Source: Raillietiella orientalis (lineage: Eukaryota). Taken from it: DNA of 64,000 nt. The notes under the pieces are model-generated. The model was not told the origin of the DNA and made no database searches. It was given only the letters and a program-made list of their open reading frames with translations. Of this stretch, positions 50,770 to 61,990 are shown in pieces. The stretch is from the NCBI GenBank assembly GCA_036172245.1, contig JAYWIR010000010.1, positions 372,001-436,000 on the forward strand. Direction: 5' to 3'. The position numbers and the translations under genes were made by a program. The number at the start of each line of letters is the position of its first letter. Position 1 is the first letter of the stretch.

Positions 50770-53200
50770 CTAGGGCCTGCGCTGGATGCCGGCAACCTCC
50801 ACCTTGACTTCCTCTTCCAGATGAGGCCATCTTGACCTCCCAGTGACCTCCCTTTGCTGTGCCTGAGGGTCTGCAAGGTCACGGTGGGCGGTGGCGGAGA
50901 CGCGGACACAATACGCCATCGCCATCGCTGCACCAGCCGAGAGCCCTCCGCGCGCGAACCGCCCGCGGCAGGTCACGGGCGGCGTGCTCACGGTGCAGGA
51001 GGGCTGCAGCCAGCCTATGCAGCAGTTCGCGGAAGACACCGCCGTCCAGAAGCAGGCGCCAGAGGCGAGTCGAATCTACCGATTCCCCCTTTTCCTTGGC
51101 ACGGTTCGCTGACGCGACTCTCCTGTAGGCGAGGCGCCCACTGGTTGCCCCAGAGCAGAAACAGCAGCTCACCTCGAGCCTCCCACCGAGGTGTTTCAGC
51201 ACGAGGAAGGGATTGCTGGCTCGTCGGAAAGCACCGGCGCAGCCTCTTCGGCGTGGCGCGCGGAGCCAAGTCCAATCGGGCGCGCGAGTCATCTTTCAGC
51301 AATCGGCCTCCTCCGCCACGTCCTCGATAAGCGGTGACATCCTGCTACCCTACCGAATGGGTGCTTCGAGCGCGCCCGACCGGCTCGGAGAGGCAGCGAA
51401 TCCCGTTGGCTTGGCGCAGGTGGCCGGGGTCAGCAAGGACACGGCGCTCTCTTCAAGGAGGTCCCGCGGTCGGGAGGCAGGAAGGACCACGTGCGGTGCA
51501 TCCAGGTGCACGCTGGTCCCAGAAGCTCCCACGGCGGCGGGAAAAAAAACCCGCGAACGCCATCGGGCAAGGAAGGGCAGCAGCAGTCGGCGGTTCCTGC
51601 CGGACCAAATCCGTGTCTTGCTGAGCTACGAAACGCCGCGCGTTCGGAGGATCAGCCGCGACGGCCCCCCTCTCTGAAGCCGTCCCGCTCTCGTGTCAGA
51701 GGGGAGGTGTTCCTTTGCCTGCAGCCCCACACTCTTCAAGAAGCGCTGGACTTCTTGCACTCTTTCCGTGGGTCCTCGCACTTTCAGGACACCGAGGAAG
51801 GGCGCTCGAAAGCAGGGTTTCCCCGCCCCCGCAGAGGTTCGGTCAACGCGCACGAGTCTTGGCTGGGCCACTCGGATCGCCAGTCGACGCCCTTCGGCTG
51901 CAGGCGCCGAGCACGTCGTGGTTCCACCTTCCGACCTTCCACTGCTTCCCTTCTCTTGGCGAAAGTTCCTCCTCGAAGACCTCACCGCGCGCTGTGGCCC
52001 TGCGAGTGAAGTGGCTCCAAGGCATTCGGCATGGTTGCGCTACCTCCGTCCGTGCGAAGCGAGCTCCCTGAGGTCTCCTGGAAGCCGCGGGCCACTTCCT
52101 GGAAATAAGTGACTGCCTCCCTTTCCTCCACCTCACTCAACCCCGAGGCTGGCTGCTCTGGCAACGGGGGCACGGACGAGCAGAGACGACCCCGGTCCCC
52201 GTATCCCCGAATTCGTACCGTGACAGCACTTCGCTGGTCGATGGATGAGGTCATCCGCGTGTGCTGATCTCTCTGAAGGGTCCACGACGTATCGCAGCAT
52301 TGTCCCCCCCCCCCTCACACATACACAGCGAGCCTAGTCTCCAGAGAGAGGAGGGGGAGGTGACCCTGAAAGAAGCGACGCCAGCGGAAGTTCCGGCCAA
52401 GATGCCATCGACCCTCGGCTCCGACACGCCGGGTAGTGAGGCTGGTGGATGCGCCTTCCTACCGCCCCTTCCGTGCCCAAGAATATGGCTCCCCATTTCC
52501 GGCCTCCCGTCCGCTGCGGCGAACTACTGCCACGCGTCTCTCGCGTAGCACTGCACCCAACAGCATCCACGTACCCCCGGACCCGCGAGGCACCCTGCTC
52601 TCGTGGCGCCAGGTGGTTGGCGTAGGTGCCCGAACCAAAATCAACCGGGATGCAGGAGCTCCTCCTCCTCTTTCTCCTCCTGCAAACCGGACCCCCCTTC
52701 TGGAATTTTCCGCAGGGTCGACCCCACACCCGCACGATCCGGAACGCGTCCGCCAGGTCACCTGGGCATCGGTCACGTGCTCGTATAAAATCTCCATGAA
52801 GATTTCGTTTTCTGTCTGAAGCGCGTCGGGATGCAAAGTGGCCTGAGGACCTGCACCCGCAGAATACGGCCGGGACGGAGCACATGGGAGAACTTTTGCC
52901 CACGAGTGGTCCAGCAGAGGCTTCTCTCCTCCAACCTTCCACTCTTGCAGCGTCCCTCCGCGCTTTCCTACCCATCCCTCAGAAGCAGGGGATCTCCTGA
53001 GGATTCCCTTGGAAACGCGCCGACTCCCGTGCCTGACCCTCCCCAAAGCGCACCACCACGTGGACAAGCACGCTTTGAGGGAGACGACCCTTCGGTTCCC
53101 TTGGAAACGCAGTCGTCGTCCCCGCTGCGTCAGCGTCGCAGCAGAGCTGCGCAAATCAAAGTTCCTGCCACCGGCCCCTCATCCTGCATTTAGCAAGAGT
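50770..53200 (-). mobile_element. Decayed I-group LINE ORF2 (APE to RT start)
   Basis: LHGDFI, WG, GSGTY, YVDAVGCS, GRWNHD (~PWWN.E), TRAPD (~APGPD), FLVLKHL, LLDGGVF (~G.FP) and RWPHLE, in order. Confidence 0.55.
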
Positions 53201-53389
53201 AGACCGCGCGCACCCCTAGTCGATTTGGAGGTGGGAAGGGGAGGGGGATCCGACAAGGGCAAACGGTCGGACCAACTATTTCCATGAGGCACCCCTTCGC
53301 CCCGAGTGCTGAGTGAGGAACTCTGAGCCGAGTGAGCCCCCAGTCTCCCCGGTCACAGGAGCGCTTCGCCCTTCGGTTGCCCCCATCTT

Positions 53390-54200
53390 CCGATGACCGA
53401 GCAAGCGCTTCGTATGCTCCCTCTGGGCTCGGTCACACAGCTCCCACTCGACGTCGCGCGCACGCGGGCTCTCTCGTTCCCTTTTCTTCCGGATACACGC
53501 GCCGGTGCAGGGGCGGAGCCCGGATCCAAGAGGGACCTACGGTTTCCCATCAGTGGATTGTCTTGCACGGCCCCGCGAGCGAGCGACGCTGCGTTCGACG
53601 GATCCAGATTTTGGATGCTGCAGTACAGGATGAGCGTCTCGTGGAGGAGGAAAGCCAAGCGCACGGCGACGGTCGCAGAGCCTCCCTCTGAACAGGTTCG
53701 CAGCGCCGGATCTTTCGCGTTGCTTTGGTGACGGAGGGATTCCGCGCCCTCCAGGACGCGGACTCTGCGTGGGCGTGCTCGTGGGGAGCAGCGAGAGCGG
53801 TCGCGCCGTTGATTCGTCATTGCACGGTAAGATGGCAGCACATCCTCGCTTGGCTGAGTCCCAGGGAGCGCTTCCCCACGAAGGTCGCCGCGCTGCTGCC
53901 TTCTTCCCCCATCCGCTTGCGGAGGCCTCCCAGCGCATCCGCTTCCGGGTGGGAGAACGCGCATTCTGCTCGCTTCGAACCGAATCCTGAAATCCAATGG
54001 GCGTCCCCAAAGAGGGCACGCCGGTTGTCCCCGCCACACCCTGCTGGAAGGACGCGTGGACAGAGAGACTGGAAGAGAGCGACTCGATGCCACCTTCTTG
54101 TCCCAGGAACTTCCGTCTCGCGGCGCCTCCCTCGATCGAAAGGCCTCTTCACCCGCGGCACGCGCCATCGTCGCGACGATGGCGCGTGCCCCCGTGGCAC
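53390..54200 (+). mobile_element. Tc1-family transposase remnant
   Basis: FDGSRF.....VSWRR (~SDESRF....VWRR), LHGKMAA (~I.G.MNA), ENAH (~DNA..H) and PPSCP...SIE (~WP..SPDLNPIE), colinear across frameshifts. Confidence 0.55.
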
Positions 54201-54849
54201 TCCCGCAGCGCGGGACGGGCGGCTGCTTCGATGGCTCCCCTCCGAGCCACCGCTTTCCTGACGCCGTGGAGCGAAGCGAGAACGCGCGCGACGCAGGTGA
54301 GCGAAGGGCTCGCGGAGCCCGAAAGGGCCTCCCACCCGCACCGAAGGGAGGGCAGACACGCGCCCCGATGGAGTTTCGAGCGGCTTCCTCCCCCCCCTCG
54401 GCTCTTCCTTGCTCCTCCGCGCACTGCCCCGCCCCCAGGCCGCTCTCTCGGAGGTCGCCACGCTCTCGCAGCCTCCAGTCCGCTTCAGAGATGACGCCAG
54501 CCGCGCAGCCCTCGCTCCCAAGACCACCCTCTGTGAGGAGGCCACGAGGAGACCTGCGCGTCGCCGCGCCAGCAGCAGCAGCGAGGTCCTCTGTGGTGCT
54601 CTCCGCGTGCCACCTGAAGAGTTCTTTCTTCCGGTGGCGCGCAGACCCGCTGCCTGGTTGCCGGCGCGCCACGACTAGGGTCAGCAGAGCTGACCTGGAG
54701 CGCCGGGGGTCGTCGGGAGCCGCCAGCCGGACGGATGGACCGACTCTCACGCTCCAGGGTGGAAGGGAGGTGGCCCTTCCAGGGAGCCGCCTGCGACTTC
54801 GGCATCCCGGAGATCCACAGCGAAGGGAAGAGGCGGGAACCCGCTCTCG

Positions 54850-55950
54850 TGGCCGCACCACGCCGGCTTTCCTGCAGAAAAAGTCAGGGAGGGAGGTCCT
54901 GCCCCTTCCGCGTGCTCTCGGGGGCGAGGACCTCATTCCCCTCCCCTAGCACCTCACCTTTCCAAGATTCCTCATCACTCTCGGTCGCTCTCCTCCTCCC
55001 TTCCTGCTCGATTCCGTCAGGCAGGAGAGCTGGGATCGACCGACCCAAGCCCCTCAGGGCTGTTCTCGTGGACCGCCCCTCCACGTGGGACCTCCAAGAT
55101 CTGCCGCTGCCCACCAGCACGACCTGGAGGCCGCTTCAGGTCAGCTCGCGGTCCAGCCCTCGGGGTTCCATTCGGGGGGCGAACGGTCTCCCCAGAAGCT
55201 TCCCTCGCATGGCGGATGAGCCACTCCAGGGGGGCCTCCCGTCCCCCTTCGACCCTCCAGGACCACCGCGCAGTGCTCCTTTGGGAAGCCGTGCGAGACT
55301 GGGAGAAGCAGTCCCGAGCAGCTGGAGGCTCAGGAGCGAGCGAATCCTCCCGGGCGAATGGAAGGCGGGAGAGCAGGTGGACCTCGCCGCCACTCCCTGC
55401 TCTCGAGCAGGGCGACCCCCTCCCTTCCTCCCTCCCGCCCTTTGCGCGGGCGCATTGGTTCTGACCGTCTCCCGAACGGAATCGTTAGGTGATGCTTTTC
55501 CCTCTCCAGGGTGTTTCCAAGCCCTCCAGCTCGTCCCTGGGGCGAGCGTGTCACCGGAACCGCTCCGACCGCGTCCATCGGCGGCCAGCCGGAGGGACCG
55601 TAGCGAAGGCTGGCAGCAGCACCGCTGCGACCGCCCATAGAGATTCTTGGCGCCGCTTGCACTGCTTTGGCCTCCCGTTGAACCCGTGCCAGCCGCCGAG
55701 GCGGCGTGACCCTGCTTGACCTCCAAGGCTGTCTGAGTCTTGCGCCGGCTGCGGAAGGGGAGTGGCGTCACCAGCCAGAGACTCCACCCCCTGCCTTCTC
55801 TTCCTCGTTTGTCGACCCTTCCTCTCCTTTTCCCACCCTCCTTCGAGCCCGACCTGCAGACCAGTGGATGAAGATTTTTGCCCTTCGGGCGGGAACCTCC
55901 ACTCCCCCACGTTTGTTTTTCCCTTTTGAGTAAAGGGCCACTGTGACCGA
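54850..55950 (+). mobile_element. Decayed LINE RT fragment
   Basis: HAGF (~Q.GF), AVLVDRPSTWD (~AVFVDLSKAFD), DQWMKIFAL (~W...N.L). Confidence 0.3.
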
Positions 55951-58900
55951 GCTGAAACGAAAGAACGCCGGAGGGCAAGGGCTCTTGCCTTCTGGCGCTA
56001 AGATGCGAGGCCGTCTGGAGAGGCGCTCCCTGAAGGATGAACCCGCCTCGTCGGTCACCGCCCATCTGTTGCCCATGGCAAGCGGTGACCCCGAAGGGGC
56101 GGTCTTCTGCAGCTCCAGTCCTGTCGGCCGCAGTGCCCCGGTGGTCCTGCCTCTTTCAGCCACCAGAAGTGCGGAAAGGGGACGAGGAGGCCATTTTGTA
56201 CCGAGGGGCCCCCATCGGGCGCCTTTCGTCGGCGAGCGCCAGCTGCCCTGAGGGAGGCACTGAAGGGCTGCCAGTTGGTGCAGCCCACCCCTTCGCCCGG
56301 CCTCCCCTCCGCACGCTGGCGATGACTGTGGACTGCCGCGGGGGGAGGGAGTGCCATCTCTCTCCGATCTCGGCATGGCACGGCGCGATCCGCCATCTTA
56401 GCGGGGGAGCGTTCTCCGCTGCTGGCGCCTTCCCATCTCAGGTGGAACCGGCGCTTCCCTTTCCAGGACCTTCGCTTACGGTCCTCTGCCCAAGACACTC
56501 GCGGGGCGCGCCAGCCTCTGCGACCGGCCCTCCTCTCCTTCAGTTGGCCCAGGAGACATGCCATGCCCAGAAGGCAGCGACATCGCACCCTCTGCGTCCT
56601 CGGCCTCCGAGGCCATCTGAGTCCCCTTTCTCCCGACTGAGTCCCTCCGATGCTCGGGGTCCCTCTTCTCCCTTTCCTCCCCTCCACTGGAGTCCGCCAC
56701 AGTGTGGAAGGCGCCCACCCGCCGGCCGCCATCCCGGGATAGAGGGTAGAAAGGGAGAGGGGGTCCGTGGCGTGCCAAACGCGCCCTTCTTTGCCGCAGC
56801 TGCTCTTCCACAGACTGAGCACTTCGCACCCGGCTCCTCTCGTCTTTCAGAATCCCGCTGGTGCGCCAAGCGCCCTCAGGGAAGGCCCCTCAGGGGAGGA
56901 AGGAGCTGGGGCCGACCCCTCCTGGCCCGCGGGACAAAATCCTGGGGAGCCCTCTCCCGGGAGCGCCGCCTTGCCTCTTCCGCCCCTCGCGACCCCGTCC
57001 GGAGGAGGAAGGCGGCCGGTGGCCCCCTCCTCTCCAGGGTTGGACGCGAGGAGGGCGCGGCGCGTCCCCAGGGTAGGGAGGGAAGGGAAGGAAAGCCTTG
57101 GGGCATTCCGACGGAGCCGACGAGGGCAACCCGTGGTCCAGAAGCAGAGGCTGAGGCAGGAGTAGCAAAAAGAGACCCTGGTTCACTTCTGCGCCCTCCA
57201 CCTCCGTTCTTCCGGGGCGAGGAGGGCGCGGCACGGGACTAACGCCCTGCAGGCTTCGCGAGTCGCCGCTGGCACTCCGGGAGTCCCCCGTGCCCATGGA
57301 AGAGCCCGTGGCTTGGAATAAGAGAGAGAGAGAGGAAAAAAAGAACTTCTGGGGTTGCGCAAAAGCCGGGAGGGAAAAGACGCCCTTGAGGGCGCACCGC
57401 CGGGCGCATCGGAACACCTGCTAATGGCGCCAGCGGGCAGGGATGCTGGCAGGCAGAGGGGAAGGAAGGGGCGGTTCCCGTCGCTTCCCTTCTATCCTCG
57501 AGTGACGGCTGGGGTTTGACCAGGAGAGGATCGGGAGACCTCCCTAGGACCGGAGGGGCCTGCCGTTTCCTCCGGACGGCGTGAGGGAGGCGCGCAATGT
57601 GGCGGCGGAGGGGCCGAGGGCGGCGCCTGCTTCTTCTTTCATTTGCCGTGGAATTCTCTTGGGACGCCGAAGTCGCGGGCGCCCCTTCGGAAGGGCTAGC
57701 AGGGAGACCCACCCTTGTTTCCACCCCGGGGGGCAGGGGTACCAACCCTCGCGCCCGTGGGCGGGACCAGCCTGGGGACCCTAAAGGCATCCCTCGCTCC
57801 CGGGCAGAGCAGGGATGGCAGCCGCGAAGAGCGCAGCTCCGTGCCGAGAGCGCCCGGACAGTCGGAAGCGCCGGCGGGCACGGCCTCCCGTACTTGGCGG
57901 GGAGTGAACGAGATGCCCGCGATGGGCGCAGCGACAGGAAAGGATGACACCACCGCGCGTGGACCCTTTCCAGCAGAAGCGCTTCCCTGCTCGGCTGCCC
58001 GGATCGCGGCAGCTCACGCCTCAGGGTGGCAGAGGAGTCGCGCGCGTTTCGAGGAGGACGGCCGAATCAAGTACTTATGTACTTGATTCGGCAATGGTTC
58101 GCCAAAAAGCTTTCAAGTCCTTTTTGGATTTTCTGAAAAGTTTTCGAGTATATCGCATTTTTAATTTGTAAAATAAGATTTTTTCCTTTTTGCGACCGAA
58201 AAATGAATTCTATGACCACGTAGCAAAACATACAGATGGACTTGCAGGGAGGGGGGGACACTCCGAACGCGGCGCACCCTCGGCAACACCTCTCGGCCCA
58301 CCGGCGCCCCGCCTGTCCACGTGCGGCATGCGCGTCCACCTGGCAGGTGCTGCCCTCCCACCCCTGAAACATTTGTTCCCTCCCACATTTAACTTTTTGT
58401 TTGTTTTTGTTTTTTCTTTCCCAACCCCTGCGCATCGGAAGGACCTCGCCGGCATAGCGCCGGCAACCAGCAAGCTGTTTTCGTGTGGTGGACCTTCGGG
58501 TTCGCCACGCGACAATTCTTTGTGCTTTTGTTTGTACAAATAAATGCCCCGGCATATCCGGGTGAGAAGGCAGGTGCTGCCGCGGCGGACGACTTGCGAA
58601 GCGGCGCGACGCGAGTCCGTCGAAGAAAGGAGCGGCGACCACCCAGGGGCAGCGCCCTGCGTGTCCGGCCCCTGATGGGAGCGGACTCCAGCCACTGGGT
58701 CGGGCTCCCAGTGGATGCGCCTGAATCCGGACGATGGTCAGTGAGGTGTCCCAGGTCAGTGGGACTACCAAAAGAGGATGAAGACCTGCTGGTAGAGCCT
58801 CACTTATCCGAGTGAATTCGATAGCCCCTCCCTCCCCCCCGTCGCGACCACTGCCGCTGACCTCTCCGGATCTGCGGCAGCTCGAGACCGGCGCGCCCGG

Positions 58901-59449
58901 AGGCGAAACAGCTGCTGCGGGAGCCGCCGCCAGCGGATGGACGTCCGGAGGACTGCGCGCCCGGGGCGGTTGGAGGAAAGTGGACCAGGGAGGGCAGCGA
59001 TCTCGGGAGACCCTGGACAGCAGGAGGCCCGGAAGGACCGAGGCGGAAGGAGCGTCCGGTCGGGAATCGCCCATGGCGGCCGGCGCTCTGCGTGAGCGAA
59101 CCGCGCACGCTCCGGGAAGCGGCGCCCCAGGTCCAGCGGCGACCACCGCCTCCCACGCCGGTCGGGAGAGTGCCGGAAGCCGACGCACTTCCCGCCCGAC
59201 AGGGGACTGGACGTTTCCGGGTCGCGACCCGACTTTGACCTTCCCGCGCGGCAGGCGCGCCGCGACCGGGGTCGGCAGGGCTGCCCCTGGAGAGCCCCAG
59301 ACGTCTCTCGAGGCCTCGCTTTATCCCGCGGCAGGCTCGGGGACCCCTGGCGATCGCCTTCCGCTCCCTCGGCTTCCCGCCGGGAAACCATCCGTCTCCG
59401 GGGAAACCCGACGGCCTCCTTGCGGCGCGGGACTGCCCGTGCGCGAAGC

Positions 59450-61990
59450 GGTGGGACCCCAGAGAGCGGCGCAGCGGTCCGGCCCCTCGGCCCTCTCTCG
59501 CCGACCGGGCCAGAAGCTGCTTCGGAAGAACGTCCGTCAGGGAGCGCCGCAAAGAGGGATGGCTTGTAGGGAAGGTGCGCTCCGGGTGCAAGGCAGGGAA
59601 ACGTCTGCTACCCCATCCTGGCGGGCTCACCGTCGACCCTCGCTAGCCCCCTCCCCCCTCCAAGAGGAACATTCCCCGGCGTCTCTTTGCAGGAAGCGCC
59701 GCGTGTGGGCCGGGGACGCTCACACTACCTCCCAGTCGCCATTCCTCCTCACAGGCGGCGGACCGCGCCGGGTGAGGGAGGAGGAGGAGGGAGCACGAAA
59801 CAGCAGGTCCCAGAGCGACTCCCGAGAAAGGCCCGCGAGCGCTGAAGCCAGCAGACCGCGCACAGGAACCCGTGACAACCTGCAGCCATGATGAAAGGCC
59901 CGCCGCCGCCGTGTTTGTGCACGGTGAGCCTCTTAAAAGCGGTCCGAGCTTGCGGCGTGACGTCAGCACTCCGCGATGAGCATGGCGGCCAACGATGCGA
60001 ATTTCCAATGCGGACCGGCCTGCCCAGGACTGGACCCGTGCAACCGGGAAGAGGGCCCACGGGCGAATCATGGAAACAAGAAACCCTTTGAGGCCTGTTT
60101 TGAGCCCCACATTTTTCATAGGTTGACACCCGGTCACGCCGGGGAGTTTACTTAAAAACCACACATGTATGTGGTTGGATGCCAGATCCTCCCGCGTTAG
60201 TTATTAGGATTAAATGAAACCTGCCGCGATCTGGCACGCAGGCCAGCAGGATCACCTCTCCAGCAGAGGGGCGGGGGTCTAAGCAAAAGGAAAAATAAAA
60301 GCAAAAATACAGTTAAAAAGGTGGTGGGTTCGGTAAAGGATCACTGCGTGCTGGAGGGTCTCCTCTGCATCCTCATAAGGATGCCGACAAGTTCTGGTTT
60401 TAGAGTTCCCAGATGGCGCCATCTTTATGCTGTCCTCAGAAAACGGACCGCCCGGCATCTCTGTCGTTTTGTCCTCCTCTGGCGTAGCTGCATGCGTCCA
60501 CGATCCCTCGCAGGGAGCAAAGTGCTGCCAGGGAAGCAGCCGGGGTGAGGGCGTTGCGCTGGAAGAGGCGCTTTAAAACGTCTCCGGGGGTGCCCTCTGG
60601 GATCCGTAGGGACACTGCAAGGTGTCATACATGGGACGGAGGGCGACACGATCCATAAGCAGGTGCGTGAGGGGCTTTCTCTCTCCGCACTTGCCGTAGT
60701 TTGGGCTTACTCTACCCCGGGTCCAATGGTGTCGGCGGCGGCACACTTTGAGCAGAGAAATTCCCTGAATCGTGAGGAAACCCCTCCTTCCCACGCTCCG
60801 CCTTTTGCTACCGCGCTGAAGCTGCTCCCGGGGAAGATGCCGTCGGTTCAGAGTCCTCCGGGCGACGGATCCTGACGTGGACCGAAAGCAGGCGGTCGAA
60901 GCGCCCAGAGGGAGAAGAACGCAACCAAAGTCGTGATCGGTCCAGCTTTCGCGTTGCCATAGCCGTCCCGAAAGCCGCGAGCTCCCGTCTGCGGCCCATA
61001 TGCCCCACTGACTCCGGAGGGATGGGAGGTGCCTTATGACGACCCCCCCGGAGGATCGGAAGGGAGGTTTTACGGCCGTCGCATTATCACGAGTAATGAA
61101 GATGATGCGTCGTAAACTAATAGCAGGGGGACTGGCGTAGAGCGGAGCCACGCTCGACCTCTCGGTCCCTCGAGGGCACACCCTCCGCCGCCAGCGTGCG
61201 CCTCGGTGTTCAGGAGAAGGCTGCTGCACGCCAACGGCAGCCGTTTCCTCGGCCGTGACTTTTCCCCGGTGCGACCCGCAGCGGGTGAATCCACCGCTCG
61301 AAAACGGCACAAACAAGCGAGGCAACAATGCGCCGTTGCCGTGGGAAACGCCGACGGTTTCCAACTGCTTCTTTCCGGCGTCCGGGATTCCCCGGTTACC
61401 GTTGCTCCTGCGAGACGCGTGCTTAGCAGGTAAAATGGGCGGGAGTTCGGGGTCGTGCGCCTAAGGAAAACGTCCGCTTCTTGACGTTTCTGAGGAGCCC
61501 AGCGGGTGGCGCACGCTGGGACTCTTCCTCGGCCTCGAATTCTCGAACCCTCACTTCTTTTTTCCACTAGGGCGATGGGGACGCCCGTCCGCCGCTCTCG
61601 CCTGTACTCCCCTCCGGAGTCTGGTCCTCCTGGTGGGGATGCTACGGAGGGAGAAATCGCCCTCGGCGCCGGAGCCATGCAGGGGGACGATTATTCCTTG
61701 CCACTCGATTCCGATCTTGGACTGCGCCGTCTCCATGGCGCCCTCGCCAATCTCGGTCAAGGGTTCTGCAGGTGGTCTTCCGCGACCCCGAATGCGAGGC
61801 ATTTTCCGTGACCGCTGTTCCCCGTCCAGTACTGAAACCACTGGCGTTTCGCAAAGGATGTCTTCCGTGGTGGAACATCAGCAGGAGGCGACCTTGAGGC
61901 GTATGGCTTCCCAAAGGCATGTGAGTCCAGGGCAGGTTCCCTTCGAGTCGTATCCACGCCTTCTCGAATGTCCCTGCTAGAGTGGTTTTC
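59450..61990 (-). mobile_element. Near full-length decayed hAT (BED-finger type) transposase
   Basis: In order: BED-like WF...KC..TL.R....H (61.7-61.9 kb), PIALVE (~P.S.VE), TGESRT (~TD.WT), SHRGKVTAE (~SHTG..IAE), IFITRDNA (~IVTDNA), LRPMYD (~L.PF..AT), and the hATC region PPGW..RFPAL..AIP..P*RTF (~PL.WW..FP.L..IPATS..ER.FS) at ~59.5-59.6 kb. Confidence 0.75.

Noticed and set aside
50770..53700. Apparent exons of a TBC/Rab-GAP or SAM-domain gene (TENEIFMEILYEH, VQEVQRFLKSVGL, RLWRLLLDGG, LHETLILYC)
   Set aside because: Better explained by colinear LINE APE/RT motifs in overlapping frames and a Tc1 transposase on the opposite strand.
53353..57242. Long ORFs of 300-527 aa here and at 11.6-13.4, 21.9-23.3, 25.2-26.8 and 45.3-46.8 kb
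   Set aside because: They are Arg/Pro/Gly/Ser-rich, overlap in several frames and show no coherent host domain. Such ORFs are expected by chance at this GC content.
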